Shown: positions 26,568-36,375 of the stretch, piece by piece
Position numbering within the stretch: position 1 is the stretch's first letter
Layout of the letters: every line of letters begins with the position of its first letter
From: a bacterium HR11
GTDB lineage: Bacteria > Acidobacteriota > HRBIN11
Assembly: GCA_002898535.1 (NCBI GenBank)
Contig: BEHN01000005.1
Span: forward strand, 35,439-99,438
Direction of reading: 5' to 3'
DNA length: 64,000 nucleotides
Notes under the pieces: generated by a model
What the model was told of the DNA's origin: nothing
Database searches by the model: none
Seen by the model: the letters and a program-made list of their open reading frames with translations, nothing else
Position numbers and translations under genes: made by a program

Positions 26568-27737
26568 ATGCGCGGCAGTCGCCTCCTCGCCGCCGGACTG
26601 GTGTTAGGCACGTTGAGCGTAGCCCCCCTGCGGTCAGCCCCCCGTTATGAATGGTACTTCGAGATCGAAGAAGGCCTCGCCAGCTTCTTTCTTCAGCCCT
26701 TCGCCGTCGACCGACCGGCCCGCATCGAGGTCTACATCGAGTGGAGCCCGGTGGCCGAACTGGAGGCCGTCCTGTACAGTCCCGGCCAGACCCGACCCAT
26801 TCGGGGCGACGTGAGCCGGGGCTGGATCCGCTGGAAGCTGACGACCGACGAGGCCTATCCCTGGAAGGGCCTCTGGCGGATTTACTTGCGCAGTGCCAGC
26901 CCCGGCACTTACTATCAAGGTCGTATCACCGTCTTCTTGGATTATACGTATAAGTCCCGCACGCAGGAAATCCCGCCGGAAGAACTGCCCCGCCCCGCCC
27001 GTCCGAAGGAGCAAGTAGAGCCCGAGAAATGGGGCCTTCGCGCCATCGAGGCGGCCCTGGACGAGTCGGCCGAGCATCTCCGGTTTCGTGTTCGCTTGCG
27101 GCTTCCCGCCGATCTGGACCGGTCCGGCCTGACCGTCCAATTGAAGAGTCCTTCAGGGGCCTTGAAAGTTCAGGAGACCCTGACGCTCCCCTCAGACCGG
27201 GCGGATACCGTCGAGCCGGCGAGTCGCCCGTATCCCGTCTTTCTGGGAACCCACTGCGTGCAGGCCACGCTGGAGGGCCTGGCCTCGGACGTCGACCGGA
27301 AGGCTTGGCAGGAGCGCTTCGAGCAGTGTTTTCGGGTCCGATGCGAGCCTTCCGTGCGCATTCGCACCTTGCCGGGACCGGCGCCCTCGGCCCAGCCCGG
27401 CATCGAGGCCCTCGACCTGGTCGTCGACCCCGAGCGGCTTCAGGTCCGACCGGCCGTCCAGCTCCGGCTCCCCGAATCCGGCGTGCCGGATTGGCATCTG
27501 AGCATCCGGGGCGAGGACGAGGCCTTCCCCTTGGAGGAGTCCTGGGACCTGCAGACTCGCCAGAATCGATGGATCGGCCGGCCGTATCCCATCCCCTTGG
27601 GACGGCACTGCGCCAAGGCCGAACTGAGGGGTACGCCGCCGCCCGAGGGCGTCACGGTGTTTCCGGCCTGCTTTCAAATTCAGTGTAGCCCCACGACCCG
27701 CCTCGAGGCGGTCGCCCCCGAAAAGTCTCCGCCGTGA
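26568..27737 (+). CDS. secreted hypothetical protein with an internal duplicated Cys-containing domain
   Basis: Signal-like MRGSRLLAAGLVLGTLSVAPL. Two ~110-aa repeats each end PYP(V/I)xLGxHCxxAxL...CF(R/Q)(V/I)xCxP. Confidence 0.55.
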   Translation: MRGSRLLAAGLVLGTLSVAPLRSAPRYEWYFEIEEGLASFFLQPFAVDRPARIEVYIEWSPVAELEAVLYSPGQTRPIRGDVSRGWIRWKLTTDEAYPWKGLWRIYLRSASPGTYYQGRITVFLDYTYKSRTQEIPPEELPRPARPKEQVEPEKWGLRAIEAALDESAEHLRFRVRLRLPADLDRSGLTVQLKSPSGALKVQETLTLPSDRADTVEPASRPYPVFLGTHCVQATLEGLASDVDRKAWQERFEQCFRVRCEPSVRIRTLPGPAPSAQPGIEALDLVVDPERLQVRPAVQLRLPESGVPDWHLSIRGEDEAFPLEESWDLQTRQNRWIGRPYPIPLGRHCAKAELRGTPPPEGVTVFPACFQIQCSPTTRLEAVAPEKSPP

Positions 27738-30177
27738 CCCGTCCCTCGGGCGATATGGCCAGACGGACCTGCCCCGCCTCGCCGGTGCATAAGACCCGGA
27801 TGCCGGCTTCTTGAAGGCGTCGAACGACCTCCGGGTGCGGGAAGCCGAAGCGATTCCGGGCGCCGGCCGAGCACAGGGCCCATCGGGGCCGCACGGCCTC
27901 GAGGAAGGTCGGCGTCGTCGACGTCCGGCTCCCGTGATGGGCGACCTTCAGGACGTCCGCCTGAAGACTGGGACCGTAAGCCTGCGCGAGCCGGTCTTCT
28001 GTTCCCCGTTCGATGTCCCCCGTCATCAGGATACGCATGTCGTGATACGTGACGGCGAGCACGAGGGAGGCCTCGTTGACGTTGGCCGGCCGATAATCCT
28101 GGGGCGGGTGAAGGACCCGCCACGCCAGCGCCCCGACAGAAAACGCCATGCCCTCGGTCAAGGGCACGGCCTGGACCCGAGACCAGACTGGACTGGAACG
28201 AATCCAGGCCGGGACCTCCGTCCCGGCGGGGTAGTAAAACCGCGTCGGCCCGAAGTGCTCCAGGACGGCCCGCAGGCCGACGTAGTGGTCCGGATGGGGG
28301 TGACTCAAGACGAGGGCGTCCACGTGCCGGACGCCCAGCGCCTGCAGGGCCGGGACGACCACGGAGGTCCCAATATCCCAGCGGCTCCCAGGCAGGCCTC
28401 CACCGTCCACCAGGACGGCGTGCGCTTCGTCCCGGACGAGAATGGCCTCGCCCTGCCCGACGTCGAAGAGAACGACCTCGACCGTACCGGTCGGCACGGG
28501 CCTCGCGAAGACCTCCGGCAGACGGCCGACGCCGTAGGCCAGGGGGAGAGCGACGACCCACGGGGTCCACCGCAGGAACGGCCCCCGACCGGATGACCGG
28601 AGCGCCGACCCCCCGACCGCCGCGGCCAGCGTCAGGAGGGCGATCCCGATGAAGCTGGCAGGACCCGGCAGGACCGCATGTCCGTTCCACGGGTGGAACG
28701 CCGCCCGGACGAAGGCGTCCAGGACCGGCTCGAGGGCCCTTAAGAGTCCGGTCAAGATGAGATGGCTTCCCGGCAGACCGGCCCAGAGGCTCATCCCGAG
28801 CCCTAAGGCGACCAGGACCCCGACGACGGGGCCGGCGATGAGGTTCCAGACGACGGCCGGCCAGGTCCACCAGCCGAACACACCGACGGTCCAGGGCGCG
28901 CTCCACAGGGGCGCGACCCAGGCCGTCAGAAGGGTTCCGACGGGGACCCGCCACCGGCCCGTCACTCCGGCCAGCAGGGGGCCGACGCTCATCAGCAGAC
29001 CGGCCGTGATCCCGAACGTCATCTGGAACCCCCAGTCCCACAGCCACAGGGGCCGCCACAGGAGCAGGACGCACCACAGGCCCGCCAGCAGATTCATCGG
29101 ATGGACCGGCAGGAACCAGCCCCGTCCGACCAGGTACAGACCGACGAGGGCCACGGACCGCAAGACCGGGGCGTCGAGGCCGACCAGAGTCCCGTATCCG
29201 ACGAGCACGACGGTCATCAGGCCATAGGCCCACCGTCGCGGGAGGGGGAGGACCCGCAGGAAGAGGAAGGCCAGGGCCCCGGCCAGCAAGCCGACGTGGA
29301 GGCCTGAAATCGAAAGGACGTGATATAGGCCGGTCCGCCGCAGGGCCCGGTCCAATGTCGGGTCCATCTCGCCCCGGTCGCCCAGCCAGAGGCTTTGAAG
29401 CAGGGGTCGGGCTCGACCAGCGGGTCGGGCCTCGACCGACATCAGGGCCGTCCGGAGCCGTTCCCGTCGGGTGTGGAGCCATCGGAAGACGGCCGGTCCG
29501 GGTCGTTCGACCCAGAGGAGCGTCGGCTGTTTGAGCTGGAGACGACCGTGGAGGCCCCGGGCCATCACGGCCATCGGCCGGTAGGTGCCCTTGTTTCGGT
29601 AGGTCAGGAGCGGGGACCAGTAGCCCAGGGCTTCCACGCGGGTACCGTGGAACCACGGGGATGGGGGCCGCTCCGGTCCATGGGACGTCTCAGGCCCGGC
29701 GGGGATCCACACGGTGATGCGGCCCGGACAGGCGAGGACCTTCCGCCGGTGCTCGACCCGCTCGACCCAAAGGGTCATCTGCCAGCCCTCGGGAAAGCGC
29801 CGGGGGAAGCCGAGGACCGTCCCGTAGACGCGGACGGGGTCTGGATTCGGACGTTCGGGGTCGCCATAGAAAGAACGGACGATACAGTCGTCGGCATACT
29901 GCCGGACGGCCGTGGGCACGCGGACCAGGCCGCCGATCAGGGCGGCGGCCCCCAGCCAGAGGCCCCATCGGTCCGAACGGGCCAGGCTCTGAAGGGGTAG
30001 GAGGGCCAAGCCCCCCATGAGGAGGCCCAGGGCGACGCCGACCACCGGCGGCGCGCCGAGTCCCGCCAGGAGACAGCCCAGCGTCAGAGCCCCGGCCGTC
30101 CAGACCGCCGGGGCCCGATGCCAGGGCAGACGGGGTAGCGTACGACGTCGGACGTTCGGTGTCGGGCTTTGGGTCAT
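27652..30177 (-). CDS. comEC: ComEC/Rec2 DNA-internalisation protein with metallo-beta-lactamase domain
   Basis: Polytopic competence domain (...LYHVLSISGLHVG...) and LVLSHPHPDHYVGL MBL motif. Start MTQSPTPN at 30177. The upstream 83 codons overlap hsp20 and are rejected. The 3' end overlaps the convergent gene by 86 nt. Confidence 0.85.
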   Translation of the reverse strand: MTQSPTPNVRRRTLPRLPWHRAPAVWTAGALTLGCLLAGLGAPPVVGVALGLLMGGLALLPLQSLARSDRWGLWLGAAALIGGLVRVPTAVRQYADDCIVRSFYGDPERPNPDPVRVYGTVLGFPRRFPEGWQMTLWVERVEHRRKVLACPGRITVWIPAGPETSHGPERPPSPWFHGTRVEALGYWSPLLTYRNKGTYRPMAVMARGLHGRLQLKQPTLLWVERPGPAVFRWLHTRRERLRTALMSVEARPAGRARPLLQSLWLGDRGEMDPTLDRALRRTGLYHVLSISGLHVGLLAGALAFLFLRVLPLPRRWAYGLMTVVLVGYGTLVGLDAPVLRSVALVGLYLVGRGWFLPVHPMNLLAGLWCVLLLWRPLWLWDWGFQMTFGITAGLLMSVGPLLAGVTGRWRVPVGTLLTAWVAPLWSAPWTVGVFGWWTWPAVVWNLIAGPVVGVLVALGLGMSLWAGLPGSHLILTGLLRALEPVLDAFVRAAFHPWNGHAVLPGPASFIGIALLTLAAAVGGSALRSSGRGPFLRWTPWVVALPLAYGVGRLPEVFARPVPTGTVEVVLFDVGQGEAILVRDEAHAVLVDGGGLPGSRWDIGTSVVVPALQALGVRHVDALVLSHPHPDHYVGLRAVLEHFGPTRFYYPAGTEVPAWIRSSPVWSRVQAVPLTEGMAFSVGALAWRVLHPPQDYRPANVNEASLVLAVTYHDMRILMTGDIERGTEDRLAQAYGPSLQADVLKVAHHGSRTSTTPTFLEAVRPRWALCSAGARNRFGFPHPEVVRRLQEAGIRVLCTGEAGQVRLAISPEGRVTAETFRGRPPRGGSWGYTEFESRPETP

Positions 30178-30232
30178 GGATGAAGGGACGGATCGGGAAA
30201 GTCGAGAAAGGGCCGCCGGATGCCGAAGGGCC

Positions 30233-30667
30233 TTATGGCCCGACGGGGATATCGATGCGGCGGACCCGACGGTCCTGGATGCGGGGGAGGCGGATGACGA
30301 GCCATCCGTTCTGCAGGGCGGCCGAGGCCTCGTGGGGGTTGACGGCCCACGGGATCGGGATCGTTCGGTAGAAGGGGCCGAAGGGCCGCTCCAGGCGGAG
30401 GACTCGGACACCTTCCTCGTCCCCATGGGTCGGATGCTTCACGCCCTCGATGATGAGGGCCTGGCCTTCCCAGTAGACCTGAAGCTCCGTGGGCTGGACG
30501 CCGGGCAGGTCGGCGACGACCTCGACGTGCGTCGGGTCGACTCGCACGTTGACGTCCGGATAAAACAGGGAGACCTGCCCCTGGGGACCCAGGATCTGTT
30601 CAAAGATCCGATGGATGGCCGATTGGATCCGTCTCAACTCCGTCAGCCAATCCAGGGAGGGATGCAC
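30233..30667 (-). CDS. Hsp20/alpha-crystallin small heat-shock protein
   Basis: 144 aa with an alpha-crystallin core: VDPTHVEVVADLPGV...LIIEGVK...GPFYRTIPIP...A.LQNGWLVIRLP. Confidence 0.85.
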   Translation of the reverse strand: MHPSLDWLTELRRIQSAIHRIFEQILGPQGQVSLFYPDVNVRVDPTHVEVVADLPGVQPTELQVYWEGQALIIEGVKHPTHGDEEGVRVLRLERPFGPFYRTIPIPWAVNPHEASAALQNGWLVIRLPRIQDRRVRRIDIPVGP

Positions 30668-30670
30668 GGG

Positions 30671-32029
30671 TCACCCCCGTAGCTTGAGGACGTCCAGGGT
30701 CAGGACCAGCAGGGTCAAGCCCAGGAGGAGGACCATCCCGACGATGGCGACCCATTCCCGGACGCGAGGGCTCAAGGGCCGACCCGTCAGGGCCCGGACC
30801 AGGGCCGACAGGAGGATCATCGCCGCATGGCCGCCGTCTAAGGCCGGAATCGGGAGCAGGTTGAAGATCCCCAAGTTGACGGTGAAGAGGCCCATCAATT
30901 GAAAGAACCGGGCCCATCCGATCAGGAGCGCCTGGCCGGCGGCCTGGGCGATGAGGATCGGACCCGACAGGGTCTTGATGGACAGCTCCCCGGTGACGAG
31001 ATTGCGCAGGGCCCGGAAGATCAGGCCCATCGTCCAGAACGTGTCCTGCCAGCCCCGTCGCCAGGCCTCGCCCCAGGAGAGACGGGTCCGCTGGTACTCG
31101 GTCGCCGGCGGTCGGAGGGCGACGCCGACCCGAAGCCGGCGGAGTTGAGCGTCCCACGCGGGCCGCAAGGTCACGGACCGGAGGGTCCCCTGTCGATACA
31201 CGTGGAAGACCATCGGACGGCCCTGGGACCGCTGGACCCGATCCTGGACCTGACCCAGGCTCTCGATGGGTTCGTCGTCGATGCGGTAGATGACGTCCCC
31301 GGGCCGCAGGTCGGCTTGGGCCGCCGGGGAACCCGGCTCGACCCGGTCGACGACGACCGGCGGGAGCGGCGCGATGCCGTAAAAGAACGAGCTCCCCCGG
31401 GCGTCCAGGATGCCCCGCAGTCGGACCCGAGAGACCGAGCCGCCCCGCTCGACCTCCAGTTCGACTTCCGGCCGCAGGTTCTCGATAAAGATGGCCCGAT
31501 GCGCTTCCCGCCACGTGGCGACCGGCCGGCCGTTGACCCGTCGGATGCGGTCCCCGATGCGGAGGCCGGCCTGGGAAGCCGGCGAGTCCGGGTACACCCA
31601 GCCCAGGACCGGCGGCCGGGTCAGAAAGGCCGGCTCCTGAAATCCGATCCGGTAGGCCGTCATGAAACAGAGCGGCCCCAGGGCCAGGTTGACGAGCCCT
31701 CCGGCGACGACGACCGCCATCTGTTGCCAGAGGGGGCGGCTGTAAAAGGCCCGGGGGTCGTCCCGACCGCCGGCCTCCAGGGTGTCCATCCCGGCGACCC
31801 GGACGTAGCCCCCCAAGGGCACGGCGCTGATGCGGTAGTCCGTCCCCTTCCGACGCCATCCCCACACGCGGGGGCCGAACCCCAGGGAGAAGATTTCGAC
31901 CCGGAAGCGCAGGGCCTTGGCCGCCAGGAAGTGCCCCAGCTCGTGCAGAAACACGAGGATCCCGAACATGACGGCGAAGCCGAAGACGTACACGAGGACG
32001 ACCCGGAGCTTGTCCAGCCATTCGGCCAT
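30671..32029 (-). CDS. rseP: RIP site-2 zinc metalloprotease RseP (M50) with PDZ domains
   Basis: HELGHFLAAK zinc motif, PDZ-like GLRIGDRI / DLRPGDVI, and C-terminal NLLPIPALDGGH. Confidence 0.9.
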   Translation of the reverse strand: MAEWLDKLRVVLVYVFGFAVMFGILVFLHELGHFLAAKALRFRVEIFSLGFGPRVWGWRRKGTDYRISAVPLGGYVRVAGMDTLEAGGRDDPRAFYSRPLWQQMAVVVAGGLVNLALGPLCFMTAYRIGFQEPAFLTRPPVLGWVYPDSPASQAGLRIGDRIRRVNGRPVATWREAHRAIFIENLRPEVELEVERGGSVSRVRLRGILDARGSSFFYGIAPLPPVVVDRVEPGSPAAQADLRPGDVIYRIDDEPIESLGQVQDRVQRSQGRPMVFHVYRQGTLRSVTLRPAWDAQLRRLRVGVALRPPATEYQRTRLSWGEAWRRGWQDTFWTMGLIFRALRNLVTGELSIKTLSGPILIAQAAGQALLIGWARFFQLMGLFTVNLGIFNLLPIPALDGGHAAMILLSALVRALTGRPLSPRVREWVAIVGMVLLLGLTLLVLTLDVLKLRG

Positions 32030-33220
32030 CTATGCGCCCTCCTTTCCGTAGCGGCCGACCCACGCCTCGGCCGCCGCCCGAGCCCATCGGTCGACTTCCC
32101 ATACGTCTTCCAGGGACGTCACGGGCCGGGCGACGTGCGCCTCCAAGACGGCCTCGATGAGCATGGCGATCTGGGGAAATCGAATCCGACGGTTCAGGAA
32201 CGCCTGCACGGCGACCTCGTTGGCCGCATTCAGGACGACCGGATAGGAGGGCCCGGCCGATAAGGCCGCCCGGGCCAGGCGCAGGCAGGGGAATCTCCGT
32301 TCTTCCGGGGGGTAAAACTCGAGACGGCCGCTCTCGACGGGCCGCCACGCCGGAATCGCCATCGGCAGACGCTCGGGGTAGGCCAGGGCATAGCCGATGG
32401 GGAGCCGCATGTCCGGAAGCGACATCTGCGCCTTGAAGGTCCCGTCGACGAACTCGACCATGGAATGCACGATGCTTTGGGGATGGATGATGACCTCGAT
32501 GCGGTCCGCCGGCCAGTCAAAGAGGTAGTGGGCTTCCACGATCTCCAGGCCCTTGTTCATCAGCGTCGCCGAGTCGATGGTGACCTTCGGACCCATCTTC
32601 CAGCGGGGATGGTGAAGCGCCTCTTCGACCGTGATGTCCTCGAAGGTCTCCAGGGGCCGCCGTAAAAAAGGTCCGCCTGAGGCCGTCAGCCACAGTCGGG
32701 CGACATACGCGCGGGACTCACCGACCATCGCCTGGAAGAGGGCCGAATGTTCGCTGTCGATGGGGATCAGACAGCCGCCGCCCTCCTGCAGGGCCTGCCG
32801 CATCAGGGGACCGGCGATGACCAGGCTCTCCTTGTTGGCCAAGCAAACCCGCTTGCCGGCCCGAAGGGCGACGTAGGTCGGCTTTAATCCGGCCGCTCCG
32901 ACGATGGCCGACACGACCGTGTCCGCCTCGGGCAAGGCGGCGACGACCTCCAGGCCCTCGGGTCCCTCTAAGACCTCCACGTCCATGCCCCGGTCTCGAA
33001 ACCATGCCCGGAGCGCTTGCGCCGCCGCCGGGTCGACCATGGCGACCCACCGAGGGCGGGCAAACTCGAACCACGAGCGAATGCCGTCCACGTCCCGGTG
33101 CGCCGCCAGGGCGACGACCTGAAACCGGTCCGAGAACGTCCGGACCAGGTCTTGCACGCTCCGACCGATGGAACCCGTGGCACCCAATACAGCGATGCGA
33201 CGAACGCCGTCCCCGCCCAT
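32030..33220 (-). CDS. dxr: 1-deoxy-D-xylulose-5-phosphate reductoisomerase
   Basis: Start MGGDGVRRIAVLGATGSIGRS (cat 33218-33220), with LANKESLV, IDSEHSA and NAANEVAV motifs. 396 aa. The longer ORF 32030..33949 overlaps cdsA out of frame. Confidence 0.9.
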   Translation of the reverse strand: MGGDGVRRIAVLGATGSIGRSVQDLVRTFSDRFQVVALAAHRDVDGIRSWFEFARPRWVAMVDPAAAQALRAWFRDRGMDVEVLEGPEGLEVVAALPEADTVVSAIVGAAGLKPTYVALRAGKRVCLANKESLVIAGPLMRQALQEGGGCLIPIDSEHSALFQAMVGESRAYVARLWLTASGGPFLRRPLETFEDITVEEALHHPRWKMGPKVTIDSATLMNKGLEIVEAHYLFDWPADRIEVIIHPQSIVHSMVEFVDGTFKAQMSLPDMRLPIGYALAYPERLPMAIPAWRPVESGRLEFYPPEERRFPCLRLARAALSAGPSYPVVLNAANEVAVQAFLNRRIRFPQIAMLIEAVLEAHVARPVTSLEDVWEVDRWARAAAEAWVGRYGKEGA

Positions 33221-33246
33221 GCGCGAGCCCGTCTGCGACCAGTCCG

Positions 33247-34110
33247 TCAGGGGGAAAGACTCCATCGTCCCGCCAGGCTCCCGGATTGCCAGTAAAGATA
33301 GTAGAAGGGCGCCGCAAAAATCAAACTGTCGATCCGGTCCCACATACCGCCGTGACCGGGCAGGAGACGGCCCGTGTCCTTCACCCCGGCCCACCGCTTG
33401 AAGGCCGACTCGACGAGGTCGCCGACCTGACCGACGACGCCGACCCCCAGGCCGACCAGGACCCATTCGTACCACGGAACGGACCCGACGGCCGCCGACC
33501 CGAATCGGCCCCACAGCCAGGCCGCCAGGGCGGCCCCCCCAAGGCCCGCCAGGGCGCCCTCGACCGTCTTGTGGGGGCTGACGACCGGTGCCAGTCGGTG
33601 GCGTCCCTGCCATCGCCCCACGTAGTAGGCCGCCGTGTCGCAGGTCCACACCGTCAGCAGGAGGCCCACCAGGGGACTGGACCAAAACGACCGGTCGGCG
33701 AAGACGCTCGAGCCGGTCTGCCAGAGGTACCACAGGCTCAGGCCCCCGAACAGGAAGTAGCCCCAGCCGACGGCCAGCCAGGTCGCCGTCCGGACGAAGG
33801 CCGCCGCCGCGGTCGGGGCCGGGCGCACGAGGAGCCCGGCATGGACGAGCCAGGCCGTCAGGAGCGTCGTCACCCCCCAGAGGCCCACGTGGGGACCCGG
33901 CTCCCGAGCCAGGACCCAGCCCAAGGCCATCAGCCCGTGGACCGGCCACCGGTGGACTTCGAGGCCCCGCCGCTGACCCAGTCGGAGGAACTCATCCCAG
34001 GCCAGGCCGACGACCAGGGCCACGGCGGCCCATCCGGCCCATGCCGGCCCCCAGGCCAGTAGGACGGCCAGCAGGGCGATCCCGACCGTCGCCGTGAGGA
34101 TGCGCTTCAC
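33247..34110 (-). CDS. cdsA: phosphatidate cytidylyltransferase
   Basis: SPHKTVEGA...GDLVESAFKRWAGVKDTGRLLPGHGGMWDRIDS signature. GTG start 34110 overlaps the uppS stop (GTGA). Confidence 0.85.
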   Translation of the reverse strand: MKRILTATVGIALLAVLLAWGPAWAGWAAVALVVGLAWDEFLRLGQRRGLEVHRWPVHGLMALGWVLAREPGPHVGLWGVTTLLTAWLVHAGLLVRPAPTAAAAFVRTATWLAVGWGYFLFGGLSLWYLWQTGSSVFADRSFWSSPLVGLLLTVWTCDTAAYYVGRWQGRHRLAPVVSPHKTVEGALAGLGGAALAAWLWGRFGSAAVGSVPWYEWVLVGLGVGVVGQVGDLVESAFKRWAGVKDTGRLLPGHGGMWDRIDSLIFAAPFYYLYWQSGSLAGRWSLSP

Positions 34111-34922
34111 GAGAACGTACCCGAGGAGACGGGTTCCGGCGTGGAGGGGACCGTGCCGTAGCGGCGCTCCCGCCGCTGGAAGTCCAGGATCGCCATGTAT
34201 AGGTGCCGCTTCCGAAAGTCCGGCCAGTAAATGGGCGTGAACCAAAGCTCCGTATACGCCAGTTGCCACAGCATGAAGTTGCTGATCCGAAGCTCCCCGC
34301 TCGTCCGGATCAGCAGGTCCGGGTCCGGAACCTCCCGGGTGTAAAGATGGGCGGCGATGACTTGCTCGTCGATGCCGTCGGGCGAAAGACGGCCGGCCTG
34401 GACCTGCCGGGCGATCGACCGGACGGCATCGACGACGTCGACCCGACCGCTGTAGCTCAAGGCGATCAGAAACAGCAGGCCCCGGGCCCGGGCCGTCTGC
34501 TCCTGGGCCCAAGCCAGCTTGGCCTGCACGTGGGGCGGAAGCTGGAACAGACGTCCGATGGGGACAAACCGGATGTCGTTCTTGAGGAGGGTCCCGATCT
34601 CCCGGTCGACATACTCGACCAGTAAGTCCATGAGGGCATCGACCTGGTCCTTGGGCCGCCGCCAGTTTTCGGTGGAGAAGGCAAAGAGCGTGAGGACCGG
34701 GACACCTAACTCGGCGGCCCCCTCGACCGTCTCCCGGACGGACTGGATGCCGGCCCGGTGCCCGCTGACGCGGGGAAGACCCCGGGCCTGCGCCCACCGA
34801 CCGTTGCCGTCCATGATCACGGCGATGTGACGCGGCAGACGGCGGGGGTCGATGCGGGCCCTCAGCTCCGCATCCGAGTAGTCCCGCCACTCCGGGGGTT
34901 CCAAGTCGTACACCGGGTTCAT
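34107..34922 (-). CDS. uppS: undecaprenyl-diphosphate synthase (isoprenyl transferase)
   Basis: HIAVIMDGNGRWA and ...RTSGELRISNFMLWQLAYTEL motifs. Confidence 0.9.
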   Translation of the reverse strand: MNPVYDLEPPEWRDYSDAELRARIDPRRLPRHIAVIMDGNGRWAQARGLPRVSGHRAGIQSVRETVEGAAELGVPVLTLFAFSTENWRRPKDQVDALMDLLVEYVDREIGTLLKNDIRFVPIGRLFQLPPHVQAKLAWAQEQTARARGLLFLIALSYSGRVDVVDAVRSIARQVQAGRLSPDGIDEQVIAAHLYTREVPDPDLLIRTSGELRISNFMLWQLAYTELWFTPIYWPDFRKRHLYMAILDFQRRERRYGTVPSTPEPVSSGTFS

Positions 34923-34934
34923 CGTCGCCGACCC

Positions 34935-35534
34935 TCATCCCATGGCATGGGTCGTCTTCTTCAGTTCTTGCAAGACCAAGCGGGCGATGGTCTTGAGGGT
35001 CTCGAAGACCCCGATGCCCCGGGTCGCCACGGCCTCGAAGACGGGCTCCCCCTTCACGTGCAGGACCCGGAGCATCTCCTCGACCGGCACGGCCGAGGGC
35101 AGGTCCCGCTTGTTGAGCTGAAGGACGTACGGGATCGTCAGGATGTCCAAGCCGTTCTCCCGAAGGTTGACCTTCAGGTTGTTGAGACTCTCGATGTTGG
35201 CGTCCATCCGCTCCCGCTGGGAGTCGGCCACGAACACGACGCCGTCGGCCCCTTTAAGGATCAATTTGCGAGAAGCATCATAAAAAACCTGACCCGGGAC
35301 GGTGTACAGGTGAAACCGAATCCGAAAGCCCTTGACCGTCCCGAGGTCCAGCGGGAGGAAGTCAAAGAAAAGCGTCCGCTCCGTCTCGGTCGCCAGCGAG
35401 ATGAGCTTGCCCTTCTGGTCGGGACTCGTCCGCTCGTAAATGTACTGCAGGTTCGTCGTCTTCCCCCCCAGACCCGGACCGTAGTATACGATCTTGACGT
35501 TGATCTCTCGGGCGGCGTAGTTGATGAATACCAT
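34935..35534 (-). CDS. mglA: Ras-like gliding/polarity GTPase MglA
   Basis: [29 protein letters not shown] and TVPGQVFY, very close to Myxococcus MglA as I recall it. Confidence 0.9.
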   Translation of the reverse strand: MVFINYAAREINVKIVYYGPGLGGKTTNLQYIYERTSPDQKGKLISLATETERTLFFDFLPLDLGTVKGFRIRFHLYTVPGQVFYDASRKLILKGADGVVFVADSQRERMDANIESLNNLKVNLRENGLDILTIPYVLQLNKRDLPSAVPVEEMLRVLHVKGEPVFEAVATRGIGVFETLKTIARLVLQELKKTTHAMG

Positions 35535-35553
35535 CTTCCTTCACCCGCCGTCG

Positions 35554-36084
35554 CTATCGAGGCCGGCCGCGGTCCCGCTCGCTTTCCGGCCCCCCAAACA
35601 GGGCGTCGATGTCTTCGTCGGTGATCTCGGCGAACTGATTCAGCGAGGCACTGATCAGCTCCCGGTCGTGCTCGAGCTTCTCCATCAGATTGTTGAAGAT
35701 CCGCTCCAGTTCCGTCGTCGCCTGCTTGACCCGCAGGCGAACCAGGCCGAGGGCCGACTTGTTGGAAAAGATGACGACCAGGATGACACGCTGGCCGATG
35801 AGGGACATGTGGATGTTCTGACCCACGCCCTCATGGTAGAGGACGTTGAACTCCCGCTCGCCCAACAGACGGGCCAGGCTTTCGGTGGCGGCGACGTTGC
35901 CGGCCGCCAGGGAGGCGAAGGACGTCGTGTCGATATTTTCCGTGTCCCCCTGGAAGGCGACCATCGAGCCGTTCCGGTCGATCAGGAAGACCATCTGAGC
36001 GTTGGCGCCCTCCTTCAAGCGATGCAGGACCTGCTGGATTTGGTCGTAGTCCTGCTCGTAAAGCACGAAATCAAAACCCATCAT
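35554..36084 (-). CDS. mglB: MglB, Roadblock/LC7-fold GAP of MglA
   Basis: VFLIDRNGSMVAFQGDTENIDTTSFASLAAGNVAA...VVIFSNKSALGLVRLRVK...FAEITDEDIDALF matches the MglB pattern. Start ATG 36084 or GTG 36090. Confidence 0.85.
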   Translation of the reverse strand: MMGFDFVLYEQDYDQIQQVLHRLKEGANAQMVFLIDRNGSMVAFQGDTENIDTTSFASLAAGNVAATESLARLLGEREFNVLYHEGVGQNIHMSLIGQRVILVVIFSNKSALGLVRLRVKQATTELERIFNNLMEKLEHDRELISASLNQFAEITDEDIDALFGGPESERDRGRPR

Positions 36085-36113
36085 AGACACCGCCCTGCGC
36101 GCTTCACATGCCC

Positions 36114-36142
36114 AATTTACCGAAAGCTATGCGGGGACGCAA
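36114..36142 (-). promoter_or_regulatory. candidate sigma70 promoter of the mglB operon
   Basis: Minus strand: TTGCGT (36137-36142), 17-nt spacer, TAAATT (36114-36119), about 25 nt upstream of the mglB start. Confidence 0.4.
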
Positions 36143-36375
36143 GAGGAGTAACGAGTCACGGGGTGACGGGGACGAGTCGAGCTTGTCGGACCTCGACGAC
36201 GGCTCTTTTTCTGAGACGATGGCTCACCACGTCGTCACGCCGTCCATAGCGAACGGCGAATAGTGAGGGGACAGTCCACAATCCGCTCCTCCCTATCCGC
36301 CATCCGTTCCACCGTGTCTTCGGAGGGGTCCCGAATGGAGTCACCCTGCCGTTCGTAGAAAGTCGAAGGGCTCTA

